Shown here in pieces: positions 54,601 through 63,269 of a DNA stretch of 64,000 nucleotides (position 1 is its first letter; every line of letters starts with the position of its first letter). The translations under genes and the position numbers were made by a program. This DNA comes from Rhodothermales bacterium (lineage in GTDB: Bacteria; Bacteroidota; Rhodothermia; Rhodothermales; Bin80): contig OZ220707.1 of the NCBI GenBank assembly GCA_965116685.1, positions 1,446,566 through 1,510,565 on the forward strand, written 5' to 3'. The notes under the pieces are model-generated. The model was not told the DNA's origin. It searched no databases and worked only from the letters and a program-made list of their open reading frames with translations.

Positions 54601-55481
54601 TCCTCCACCGAAATGGATGCCGACCCCGAACGCTGTCCAGATGACACCTCCACATGCGATGGACAGCGATACTCGTGGGGGTCTGCGTCCATCGGGATGC
54701 AAACAATGGGAATCCTCACCTTCTCGGATTGCGCCGCAGAAAGTGCCACTGTTAACGGTGCACTGCGACCCTCCTCAACCTCCGCCGGAGAAACCGAAAG
54801 CGTGACCATGGCCGGCGTTGTGTCCAAAATCGTCACCACCACCGAAAGCGGCGACCCCGGTTTCACCTCTGGAGGAACGGCATCAAAAGCCACGCTGAAC
54901 TGTTCATTGTCCGTGTCCTCGTCCACGAGCGTCTCCAGTTTAACCTCCCCAGAAGGCGCTCCCGCTGAAATACGCACTTGGGAAGGACACTCGTAATCCC
55001 CGGGATCCGCCGTCAGCGGCGTGCAGGAAAGCCCAATCGTTACCGCTTTTGCCAAGACCCCGCCGCGCAGCACGGCCCGCACCTGAGTGGAACTCCCTTC
55101 ATTCACAGGGTTGGGACGCACCTCCAGAGTGACCTCAACAGACGACAGACCATCATTGTCGATGATCCTCAGTCTATGGGGGTTCGGGGTTCCGACCCTG
55201 TAGCCGGTACGGGATTGAAGCGTCAGGACTACCGTTTCGTCCGACTCATCCTCCTTGTCGTCGATGATGGTCACCGGAATCTTGACCGAGGCGGTATTGG
55301 CAGCAACCTGGAGCGTCGTCCCAGGAACGGTGTAGTCCGCATCCGCCCCCCGAGTTGCATCCCCTCCAAGCGAATAGGTTACGGAAATGGCGGATGCAGG
55401 CGCAGGCGAAAGATTGACCACCACCTCGTGCGTACCTTTATCTTCTGGTGCGCTACTCTCTTGCAAGGCAAAGGAGACCAC
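51606..55481 (-). CDS. Calx-beta repeat adhesin, 3' portion with C-terminal autotransporter (type Va) beta-barrel
   Basis: It has multiple Calx-beta-like modules (GxDYxxxxGTLxFxxGxxxxxIxVxIxDDxxxExxE). The last ~330 aa show the autotransporter barrel pattern (GVWGSGAFTRFNG...TAMVGTDYRW...GLVPYVSIQ...) and end SLRY. The frame continues upstream to about 55570, where it is shifted relative to ORF 55514..58591. Confidence 0.85.
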   Translation of the reverse strand: MVSFALQESSAPEDKGTHEVVVNLSPAPASAISVTYSLGGDATRGADADYTVPGTTLQVAANTASVKIPVTIIDDKEDESDETVVLTLQSRTGYRVGTPNPHRLRIIDNDGLSSVEVTLEVRPNPVNEGSSTQVRAVLRGGVLAKAVTIGLSCTPLTADPGDYECPSQVRISAGAPSGEVKLETLVDEDTDNEQFSVAFDAVPPEVKPGSPLSVVVTILDTTPAMVTLSVSPAEVEEGRSAPLTVALSAAQSEKVRIPIVCIPMDADPHEYRCPSHVEVSSGQRSGSASISVEEDDIAESNEVFTVALGTGMPPGTVAGTPSVQRVTILDNDAVGIELVPTSLNMVEGVPADYTVRLSSEPVASVMVQITELGGRLTWTPPELVFTSSDWNTPQSVTVEAEEDENTASETTTLTHLSTSVDPGYSGRMTNLPVSVADSGTPNLVVSPSTLFIREGGSAEFTVLLVTEPSTPVTVQVPLFENPDLTRSQETLRFTSLNWHEAQTVTVRSAEDADAEAEVPESLQLTATGGEYTGITGTVLVTVVEKDQKGIELRPSSLTLAEGGPAGTYTVQLRSAPTSAARITITGHPEDKVTLTPESLTITASNWNVPQTITVQAEDDADLDDAAFTLLHTAVGGGYDDQRASLPVRVEDKGENALTISIYDARVSEPAEVVSLRVELNRASDEVVTVQYQAVDETAESGSDYTASRGIVIFDAGATRGVIEIEITDDELPESTETLSVTLSKPRGATIARGTGRVTILDNDSSARIWVDDAVGFEDAGMVRFRVHLSQPDTESITVHYQTENGTAVAGEDYHAAKGTLTFAPGVVEEEIEVRLLDDGLDAEEEMFSVHLESFGKTHIEKGVAVATIQKTMSVNRAVLKAYMARFVRTSTIQIVDALQERLRSSTAGSSCSAGQRAALAQVWGTATDWDPSLGELLAGCRVSQQMHTGGGRLGVWGSGAFTRFNGRAEAALHVRGEVTTAMVGTDYRWNGGWRVGVLVSHSQGDGSFTANTDAGDVASGLTGLVPYVSIQGEDWGAWLAAGYGWGRAEVPELEGDLVSGFGAMGVQGALGSRGVLGLNYHGDVLVTGAEVEEYDMTAEVYQVRAGVEANARMSDGVRPYVEVNVRRDGGSAETGTGLELGGGVRVSYPGWRLKGEVRTQGLVMHTAEGFTEWGMSGMVQVGGGPEGLMVAVRPSWGPRHGGVLHQQHLETTRTRANLHRTELELAYGIPFNAGVMRPVMGMTQLATGRMYRVGAELRPWDQASISLSGLAQSHANSQTQIGVNVQGSLRY

Positions 55482-56512
55482 GGGAACCAGTGGAGCATCG
55501 TTGTCAATGATCGTCAGTGTGTGGGACTTCGGGGCGGCGGACGTGTAGCCAACATTAGGATCGGATGGGGGGTGGGGATCGCGATCGTCAACTCTTCATC
55601 CGGCTCGTCCTCCTTGTCGTCCAGAATCGTCACCGGGAGATTTACCCAGGAGGACTTGGCCGGGACACGGAGCACGGGAGGAAAATTGTAGTCATCTCGT
55701 TGGGTCGCAGGTACTCCAGGCCCTGGGACATAAGCAAGGACAACACGAAGTTCGGATACAGGCGCCGGCGAAATATTGACCCTCACATTATGCGTAACTG
55801 CATTTTCGTGCACACGACTTTCTCTCTTGTCAAAGGACACGACCGGAACATCATTGTCATTGATCGTCAGGGTGTGGGGGTTCGGAGATCCGACCGTGTA
55901 GCCGGTTCCCGAGTCAATCGTGAAAACCACCGTTTCGTCCAACTCGTCCTCCTTGTCGTCGATGATCGTCACCGGGATCTGGACCGAGGCGATATTGGCA
56001 TCAACCTGGATCGTCGTTCCAGAAACGGTGTAGTCCGCATCCGCCCCCTGGGTTGCATCCCCTCCAAGAGAATAGGTTACGGAAATATCGGATGCAGGCG
56101 CAGGCGAAAGATTGACCACCACCTCGTGCGTACCTTTATCTTCTGATGCGCTACTTTTTTGCAAGGCAAAGGACACTGCCGGAACATCATTGTCAACGAT
56201 CGTCAGGGTATGGGGGTTCGGAGTTCCGACCGTGTAGCCGGTTCCCGGGGCAATCGTGAAAACCACCGTTTCGTCCAACTCGTCCTCCTTGTCGTCGATG
56301 ATCGTCACCGGAATTTTGACCGAGGCGGTATTGGCAGCAACCTGGATCGTCGTCCCAGAAACGGTGTAGTCCGCATCCGCCCCCTGGGTTGCATCCCCTC
56401 CAAGAGAATAGGTTACGGAAATATCGGATGCAGGCGCAGGCGAAAGATTGACCACCACCTCGTGCGTACCTTTATCTTCTGGTGCGCTACTTTCTTGCAA
56501 GGCAAAGGAGAC
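55142..56512 (-). repeat. Four tandem Calx-beta coding repeats (336-nt period), three nearly identical at nucleotide level
   Basis: VSFALQ(E/K)SSA(P/S)EDKGTHEVVVNLSPAPAS(D/A)ISVTYSLGGDAT(Q/R)GADADYTV... recurs starting at 56512, 56176 and 55478 (minus strand). A diverged copy starts at about 55840. Identical shadow-ORF peptides (RRRRKIDHHLVRTFIF) confirm the DNA-level repeats. Confidence 0.85.
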
Positions 56513-58591
56513 CTCTGGAGCCGGTGGAGCATCGTTGTCAATGATCGTCAGGGTATGGGTGTCCGTGACATCATAACCGTCTTGTGGATCAATTGATAGA
56601 ATCACCGTTTCATCCGGCTCTTCCAGCGAATCATCTATAATTTGAAGTTGAATATCAATCTCCATGCTATTTCCTACTTCCCGTTGAGTGGCGTCACTGA
56701 TTCTGTAGTCATCACCCCTAACCGCAGTTCCCGCAGTATTTAAGGAAGTATCTGATGAGGGTACAGGCGAAATCGTCATAACAACATATATATAACCTAT
56801 GTCTTCAGGCGCATTTTTATCCTCTTCAAAGGACACTATAATGTCATCATCGTCAATGATCTCCACCAATACCCGGGCTCGCTCTAAATCATAGCCACCC
56901 CCACTTGCCGCCAGCCATAGCTCTTCAAAATCATCCTCAACGTCATCATCATGACCTGCCGTGAGTCTCACGGTCTGTTCGGTGTCCCAGGTTTCACTCG
57001 TAAAGGTCAGACTGGATGGCTTCGCCGTTAGATCCCCAGGACTGGGAACACTTACGGTTACACCGTTGCTGCCAAAATCCCCCAGAGGCGGCTCGGAAAG
57101 CCTAACCCTAAAAGTTTCTGCCCCCCCCTCTGGAATCGTGAGGCGCGACTCACTGACGACAAGTCCCGGGTCATCGTCATCTAAAACCCTGATTCGAGTT
57201 CGTGCTGAGAGATTAATTACAGGGGAGGTAGCGGTCATGATCAGGTCTTCCAAGTCATCTTCATCATCCGGGTCATGTGCTGCCGTTACCTTTATTTTCG
57301 GAGTAACGTTGCAATAGCCTCGTCCATCTTCACACTGAATCCATGACTCATGCCTGAAAATCCAACTCACCGGGTCCACCGTCAAGTCCGTGCCTTCATG
57401 TCCACTCAAGGTCGCTATCATGTCAAATGCAGTATATAATCCAAGCTGACCTCCTTCAGCGACTAAACGGTACGACATAATGGTGCTCTCTCCCTCTGGT
57501 ATCGGCTCCTCCTCAAAAGGGGGCCGATCTTGAATTCTAACATCCATCGAATACTTTAACCCGTCATACCCCCCTCCCGTCGCGGTGAAGATTAAGGTCA
57601 CCTGCTCATCCTCCTCGTCCTCATCCAGCTTTGTAGTCATAGACATTGCCTTAATTCTTTGTGGCCAGTCGCTTGCCAGAAACTTGAGCGTTGTTGGATC
57701 CGGGATCGCATCTGTATTCTCATGTCCGGTGACCTTAATGGTCACATCCCCAGAAGGTCGTCCCAAAGCCTCTAGAAGCCCGACACGAAAATTTTTCCAT
57801 TGCCCTTCTTCAATGGACATAGGGGTGAGTTCCCAGATGATTTCGTCATCCACAATGGTTACGGTTACCTGTTTTGAACTGGTATCGCCTCCTGAATTTG
57901 CAAGCGTTAGTTCTACGATATCAATGCTACTATCATCATCCTCCACTGCCGTCAAAGTAATTGGCTCTGGAGTATCCCAGTCCCCAACGGAGAATGTTAA
58001 GGTGGTGGGATTCACAGTCAGTTTTGCGCCCGCACCAACGGTAATCGTCACAGTCACATCGCTTGAGGGTTGCGTGTCAAGAGAGACATTGTATATTTTT
58101 TGGTTCCCCTCCAAAATCGTAACTGCATCCTGCGCACGATGGGTCGCCCCCGGCAGATTTGAAAACTGCCCCCCTGTATTTTCCTGGTCTGCTGCCTCAT
58201 TCGACAAACGACTCATCCCCAGATTCCAGACAGGACCGATCAATGCATGATGAGGAAAAGGGACTGGATCATGGATCCACGGCTCGGGAAGCCGAAACAG
58301 ATTAACTCCCCCCATGTCTGCATTCCACAATGACGGACTCAGTAGACGGGATCCATCCACAAACTTAATGGAGTATTCCGAAATCCCCCCCACACCTTCT
58401 TCAGAAATCTCGGTCCCCGAACTGGGCAAGGACGCAGTATCCACTCTGGGGTTGATTTGGATTTGTCGAACCTGTGCCTGGGAAGTGGCGACAATGAAGA
58501 GAGAAAACAACAAAAAGGCATAAACCTGCAAGACCTTGGTGAAGAAGGCCTCCAAACAATCCTCCTTATGTCGAAATGTAAAATTTTCCAT
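55514..58591 (-). CDS. Calx-beta repeat adhesin, 5' portion with signal peptide
   Basis: The signal peptide is VLQVYAFLLFSLFIVATSQAQ, followed by many Calx-beta-like modules. It ends in an out-of-frame tail (PHPILMLATRPPPRSPTH*) just after a homopolymer tract. Confidence 0.85.
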   Translation of the reverse strand: MENFTFRHKEDCLEAFFTKVLQVYAFLLFSLFIVATSQAQVRQIQINPRVDTASLPSSGTEISEEGVGGISEYSIKFVDGSRLLSPSLWNADMGGVNLFRLPEPWIHDPVPFPHHALIGPVWNLGMSRLSNEAADQENTGGQFSNLPGATHRAQDAVTILEGNQKIYNVSLDTQPSSDVTVTITVGAGAKLTVNPTTLTFSVGDWDTPEPITLTAVEDDDSSIDIVELTLANSGGDTSSKQVTVTIVDDEIIWELTPMSIEEGQWKNFRVGLLEALGRPSGDVTIKVTGHENTDAIPDPTTLKFLASDWPQRIKAMSMTTKLDEDEEDEQVTLIFTATGGGYDGLKYSMDVRIQDRPPFEEEPIPEGESTIMSYRLVAEGGQLGLYTAFDMIATLSGHEGTDLTVDPVSWIFRHESWIQCEDGRGYCNVTPKIKVTAAHDPDDEDDLEDLIMTATSPVINLSARTRIRVLDDDDPGLVVSESRLTIPEGGAETFRVRLSEPPLGDFGSNGVTVSVPSPGDLTAKPSSLTFTSETWDTEQTVRLTAGHDDDVEDDFEELWLAASGGGYDLERARVLVEIIDDDDIIVSFEEDKNAPEDIGYIYVVMTISPVPSSDTSLNTAGTAVRGDDYRISDATQREVGNSMEIDIQLQIIDDSLEEPDETVILSIDPQDGYDVTDTHTLTIIDNDAPPAPEVSFALQESSAPEDKGTHEVVVNLSPAPASDISVTYSLGGDATQGADADYTVSGTTIQVAANTASVKIPVTIIDDKEDELDETVVFTIAPGTGYTVGTPNPHTLTIVDNDVPAVSFALQKSSASEDKGTHEVVVNLSPAPASDISVTYSLGGDATQGADADYTVSGTTIQVDANIASVQIPVTIIDDKEDELDETVVFTIDSGTGYTVGSPNPHTLTINDNDVPVVSFDKRESRVHENAVTHNVRVNISPAPVSELRVVLAYVPGPGVPATQRDDYNFPPVLRVPAKSSWVNLPVTILDDKEDEPDEELTIAIPTPHPILMLATRPPPRSPTH

Positions 58592-59030
58592 CTCACAAAT
58601 TCCGAATCCACAGCGAAGCAGTCAGCTTGCTTTCTCAACAGAACTATAAAACGACACCATACCCCAAAATTGTCAATGAACTTAAATGCTGAGACATCAA
58701 TCCCTACCATCACAAACCTTTGCGGTTGGAAATCTCAAGTACAAAAAAGGTTCGTGCAAAACTTTTCTACAATCCGCATAATATGCCCATAGACACTCCC
58801 AGAGCAATATTCGCCCCCAAATGAGAGAGTTTTGTAAGAGACTCAACATGCAAATGAATTCTCTCTCTCGAATCCGCCAGATAGATCCATTTGACCCCAT
58901 TAACCCGAGCTTGCTCATACCATGATATGGAAAGCCCGAAATCATCAAACGCCGGGAATGAATTGGAAGAGATACTTAAGAAATGGGGAACATTGAACCG
59001 AGTAAATCATCTTTCCGTCACGGATAGAGG

Positions 59031-60959
59031 CTATTTGATGAGAGTCATATGACCTGTGGCAATCTGAACGCCTGCTCCCATTCGAGCGGTAACTTTATAG
59101 ACATACATGCCAGAGGGAAGACCTGCAACCTCCAATATGGGCGATCTGAAAGGACCCGCCTCCACCATCATAAGATCAGCCTGATAAACCCGCTGCCCCA
59201 ATAGATTGAAAAGTTCAACGGATATCGCTGCCGGTTCGGGTAAATCCACCAAAATCCTGGTAGACCGGTTGAATGGATTCGGATAATTCCCACGCAAGGC
59301 AAAATCCACCACCCCCGGCGTATCTGCTACCCCTGTGGACCTGTCTACATACACGGTCACCCAATCCGGGGCAGAATTTGCATGGCCCCAGAGTTCCGTG
59401 GGATTTCCTGCACCTGCCGGAATCCCCACCGCTTTGAAATGATAGGCGCCCGCAGCCATGGGGGCAGTAAAATTGGGGAAATCCCCACCCGTCAAACGTA
59501 TGGCCTGCGAGGCATCTACAGGGATATCGGAATTGGCACCGTCCACCTGCATCCACCCCCACCGGACATGATCTCCCCATGGACCCGTCACCTGTCCCTG
59601 CAGAGAAACCATGGCACCCGGAGCCACGGATTGATCCGACCCCGCATCAATGACCGGCTGGAAAGGCGTCCCCGGGTTGCCGCCCAGAAACAGACCCGGA
59701 TAATCGTAAAAATCGCCCTCCGAATTCAGCGTACTTACCGGCAGCATCGTCATGTTCTCAAAAATGTCATCCGGGAACGCACCGAGCGAGTTATCTGCCA
59801 GACTCAATCCATTGAGGCGAACCAGTTGGTCAAAAACCCCTGCCGGGAGCACATGCAGGGAATTCTCCCACAAACCGAGCATCTCAAGCGAAGTCAGTTC
59901 ATCGAATACATCACCGGACAGCAACCGGATCATATTCTCCGAGAGATAAAGAGTCTCCAGTGAGACTAGACCATCAAACACCTCACCGGAAAGTGCATCC
60001 AACTTGTTCCCGCGCAAATCCAGTGACTCCAGTACACCCAACTGATCAAACACGCCATCCGAAAGTGTGCTCAGAGAATTTCCCCCCAAGTCAAGCCGCT
60101 CCAGCGAAGTCAACTCATCAAAGATCCCATCTGGAAACGTTCCAAGAAAATTGTCCTCCAGCCTGAGGACTTCTATAGAAGTCAACCCGTCAAAGACCCC
60201 ACCGCCGAGTACCGTCAACTCGTTCCGGCTCAAATCAAGGGATTCCAGAGAGGTTAACCCATCAAATACTCCATCAGGAAGTGTGCCGAGTTGATTCCCA
60301 TTCAAATCAAGCACCGTGAGCGAGGTCAATCCGCTGAATATTCCATCTGGAAGAGTCTGCAGCTTGTTCTGGTCCAGATAAAGCCAAGTCAGCGAGGTCA
60401 ACTGACGAAGAGCCCCATCCGGGAGGGTCTCCAGTGAATTCCCCCACAGATAAAGAATTTTCAGCGAGGCAAGGTCATCAAATATTCCGACAGGAAGCGT
60501 GCTGAGCGAGTTGTCTCCCAGGCTTAACGCCTCCAGCCCGATGAGACCGTCAAAATCTCCCGGCTGCAAACTCGTAATCCCTTGATAGCCTAGATCCAAA
60601 ATCCCGGTAATGCCCGCTAACTGAGCACTGCTCACCTGCCTGCAATCATTCTGATTGGGAATCAAGCGCAGAATTGCATCTCTCACCTTGCCCGTTCGAT
60701 CACAAATATTGATGACGATATGAGCAGTGACAGACCTGGGCGGTGAGGTACGCCTTGCCCGGGGCTCTTCAATGGCTTTTAAAAAAGGTGCTGCACCTTC
60801 TAGCCCGGCCAGTGGGAGAGGCAGGGCTAGGTCCTGCCTCTGAAAAAACGACTGGCCTACAATGCCCGGCGGCTCCGAGTTGAAGCGGAACGTAGAAGAC
60901 GCAGCTTCCGAGAACTGCGGAAAAACCAGGCCGGCCAGGATCATCCATTGAAGCCCCAT
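59031..60959 (-). CDS. Typical-type LRR protein with T9SS C-terminal sorting domain
   Basis: It has about 13 repeats of LTSLxxLxLxxNxLxTLPDGVFDG. The C-terminal T9SS domain is NYPNPFNRSTRILVDLPEPAAISVELFNLLGQRVY...LPSGMYVYKVTA. The start MGLQWMILAGLVFPQFSEA at 60959 is preferred; the 108 codons upstream (to 61283) look non-coding. Confidence 0.82.
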   Translation of the reverse strand: MGLQWMILAGLVFPQFSEAASSTFRFNSEPPGIVGQSFFQRQDLALPLPLAGLEGAAPFLKAIEEPRARRTSPPRSVTAHIVINICDRTGKVRDAILRLIPNQNDCRQVSSAQLAGITGILDLGYQGITSLQPGDFDGLIGLEALSLGDNSLSTLPVGIFDDLASLKILYLWGNSLETLPDGALRQLTSLTWLYLDQNKLQTLPDGIFSGLTSLTVLDLNGNQLGTLPDGVFDGLTSLESLDLSRNELTVLGGGVFDGLTSIEVLRLEDNFLGTFPDGIFDELTSLERLDLGGNSLSTLSDGVFDQLGVLESLDLRGNKLDALSGEVFDGLVSLETLYLSENMIRLLSGDVFDELTSLEMLGLWENSLHVLPAGVFDQLVRLNGLSLADNSLGAFPDDIFENMTMLPVSTLNSEGDFYDYPGLFLGGNPGTPFQPVIDAGSDQSVAPGAMVSLQGQVTGPWGDHVRWGWMQVDGANSDIPVDASQAIRLTGGDFPNFTAPMAAGAYHFKAVGIPAGAGNPTELWGHANSAPDWVTVYVDRSTGVADTPGVVDFALRGNYPNPFNRSTRILVDLPEPAAISVELFNLLGQRVYQADLMMVEAGPFRSPILEVAGLPSGMYVYKVTARMGAGVQIATGHMTLIK

Positions 60960-61319
60960 GAACCACCAGGTACTGGAATGGCAATGTGGGCGTGCCACAC
61001 CCCGGATTCTACCTAGGCAACGAAGAGTCCAAACATACATGGATCTGCAACAGGAAAGGCTTTGCCGACCCCGTATACGACAAGAACAGAAAAATGAACC
61101 ATTCCATCTGAGTGCCACGAATCCCTTTGACAAAAAGCGGGATATGACTGCATTGAGTTCTCCCTGTATACACCTGAGAGGGAATACCATCCCGCCGATC
61201 CCGGCACCAAACCCCATCTCCGAAGCAACTGGAGTCGGAACGAGGATCCCCGCCCCCAGTAAAGCCGTGTTCTGCTTCGTCATCGTTGATCCAGGACATA
61301 TTTTGCTTCAGTTGACCAC

Positions 61320-62354
61320 ATGCCCCATCCTATTCATCGCCTAATTGCCCTGCTTCTTTGCCTTTTCGCCGCCAAAGTAGCCGCTGCCCAGACCTACTCC
61401 ATGTACGTCGCCAATGAGTCTGACGACACCGTCATGCTTGTTGAGTTTGATGGCCAGACGCTCACCATCGCTGATACCATTACAGTCGGCATCATCCATA
61501 CTGAAATTGAAGGCCCGCATGGGCTGGCGATTGACCCGGAAGGGCACTCTTTGTTCGTCTCCATCGCACATGGTCAGCCGAACGGCCGAGTGGTACGCTA
61601 TTCCACTGCCGACCATCGTCCCATGGGAGTTGCGACATTGGGCCTCTTCCCAGCATCCATGGCGATCTCTGCGCACACGGGTCTGTTGTATGTGGCAAAT
61701 TTTAATCTGCATGGCGACCCCAAACCAAGCTCCATCTCTGTAGTTGATCCAGAGGCGATGCTGGAAGTCGGCCGGATTCCGACTGGCATTATGCCCCACG
61801 GCTCCACCTTTGGAACGGACGGAACCCGGCACTACTCCGTTGCGATGATGGACCATGCATTGATTGAACTTGATGCCCTAAACCTACGTGTTCTCCGCAG
61901 AATCCCACTCGGCTTCGGAACTAAACCAACATGGGTTGCCCTGCATCCTCATGAACCCCAAGCCTATGTTGCTGCCAATGGCTCAGATCAGATCGTAATC
62001 GTGAACACAGAGGATGGATCTGTATCAAAGCGGATACCGGCGCCTGGATCCCCATATAATCTGGCGGTTTCCCCGGATGGATCCATCCTTTCCGTTACTC
62101 TTAAAAGCGCCCAGACGGTAAGTATCCTTGATCTATCCACCGCATCCGAGCGAGCCCGCATCCCAACCTCAAGCCCTATCCCCCATGGAGTTGTGATCGC
62201 TCCAGATAATGAATATGCTTTTGTAACCTCGGAAGGAATCGGAGCGGAACCTGGTACCGTAGATGCGATTCATCTGGCATCCGCCACACATGTGGCCTCT
62301 ATTGAAGCAGGACAGCAGACCGGAGGTATTGCCTTCTGGAAAATTGAGGATTAG
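61320..62354 (+). CDS. YncE/YVTN-type beta-propeller repeat protein
   Basis: It has a signal peptide LLCLFAAKVAAAQ and repeated motifs of the type YVANxxxDTV.., PHGLAIDPEG, LYVANF, YVAANGSDQIVIV, PYNLAVSPDG, PHGVVIAPDNEYAFV. Confidence 0.8.
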   Translation: MPHPIHRLIALLLCLFAAKVAAAQTYSMYVANESDDTVMLVEFDGQTLTIADTITVGIIHTEIEGPHGLAIDPEGHSLFVSIAHGQPNGRVVRYSTADHRPMGVATLGLFPASMAISAHTGLLYVANFNLHGDPKPSSISVVDPEAMLEVGRIPTGIMPHGSTFGTDGTRHYSVAMMDHALIELDALNLRVLRRIPLGFGTKPTWVALHPHEPQAYVAANGSDQIVIVNTEDGSVSKRIPAPGSPYNLAVSPDGSILSVTLKSAQTVSILDLSTASERARIPTSSPIPHGVVIAPDNEYAFVTSEGIGAEPGTVDAIHLASATHVASIEAGQQTGGIAFWKIED

Positions 62355-62357
62355 GCC

Positions 62358-63257
62358 ATGGCCCAAGCAGCAACTCGCTTTATTGAGCCCGATATTCTGG
62401 CCCGAATCTCGTCCCTGGAGCTTCTGGCCCGTTCCGTCGTGGAAGGGTTTCTTTCGGGACTGCACCGTAGTCCTTTCAAGGGGTTCAGTGTTGACTTTAT
62501 GGAATACCGCCCGTACGTGTTCGGGGATGATGTGCGTCAGGTTGACTGGAAGGTGTTTGCACGGACAGGCCGCTACTTCGTCCGGGAGTTTGAAGGGGAA
62601 ACGAATACCCGCCTGCATCTGCTATTGGACATGAGCCGATCCATGGACTACAGATCCGGAGGACAGACAAAGCTGACTTACGGCCGGTTTCTGGCAGCAG
62701 CGATTGCATGGCTGGCCAACCGCCAACGGGACGCCTGCGGGCTGGCGCTGTTTGACACCGAGATCCGCAAACATTTACCTCCACGCGCCACTCGTGCGCA
62801 CCTGCACTTGCTCTTGAATGCGCTCGAAGAAGCGAACCCGGATACCGCAACCAATCTGGAACGCTCCCTGCAAGCCGTTGCTGAACGTCATCGCAGACGC
62901 GGATTCGTTGTTCTGATCAGTGATCTGTTTACCGATATCAACACGATTGAGCGTGCATTACAACATTTTCGGTTTACCGGCCACAACGTGCTGGTATTCC
63001 AGGTCCTGGATCCGCAGGAGATTCAATTTGATTTTAAGGATGTTGTCGAGCTTTTGGATATGGAGTCGGATGCCAAAATGCTGATTGATGCCAAGGCGGC
63101 CCGAACGCAGTACCGAAAAAATTTCCAGGCACATCAAGATCAACTACGCCGTATCTGTGGACTGCTGCAGATTGATTATGCCGTACTTCGGACGGATGCT
63201 CCTCTGGATGCTGCACTCTTTCACTACCTCTCTGCCCGCTCACGGCGCAGAGGCTAA
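62358..63257 (+). CDS. DUF58 domain protein (MoxR/Bat-cluster associated, vWA-like)
   Basis: ARSVVEGFLSGLHRSPFKGFSVDFMEYRPYVFGDDVRQVDWKVFARTGRYFVREFEGE is the DUF58 signature. Confidence 0.9.
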   Translation: MAQAATRFIEPDILARISSLELLARSVVEGFLSGLHRSPFKGFSVDFMEYRPYVFGDDVRQVDWKVFARTGRYFVREFEGETNTRLHLLLDMSRSMDYRSGGQTKLTYGRFLAAAIAWLANRQRDACGLALFDTEIRKHLPPRATRAHLHLLLNALEEANPDTATNLERSLQAVAERHRRRGFVVLISDLFTDINTIERALQHFRFTGHNVLVFQVLDPQEIQFDFKDVVELLDMESDAKMLIDAKAARTQYRKNFQAHQDQLRRICGLLQIDYAVLRTDAPLDAALFHYLSARSRRRG

Positions 63258-63269
63258 CCCAGCGTCGCC

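Noticed and set aside
55142-56512. Periodic repeat array considered as CRISPR or satellite DNA.
   Set aside because: The period is 336 nt (112 codons), in frame inside a coding sequence, and each unit is a Calx-beta domain. There is no short direct-repeat/spacer organisation anywhere in the window.
51660-56596. Many plus-strand ORFs across the adhesin (51660..52463, 53412..54113, 54460..54996, 54978..55691, 55565..56146, 56159..56596).
   Set aside because: They are antisense shadows favoured by the high GC of the region. They are Arg/Pro/His-rich, and their internal repeats simply mirror the Calx-beta DNA repeats.
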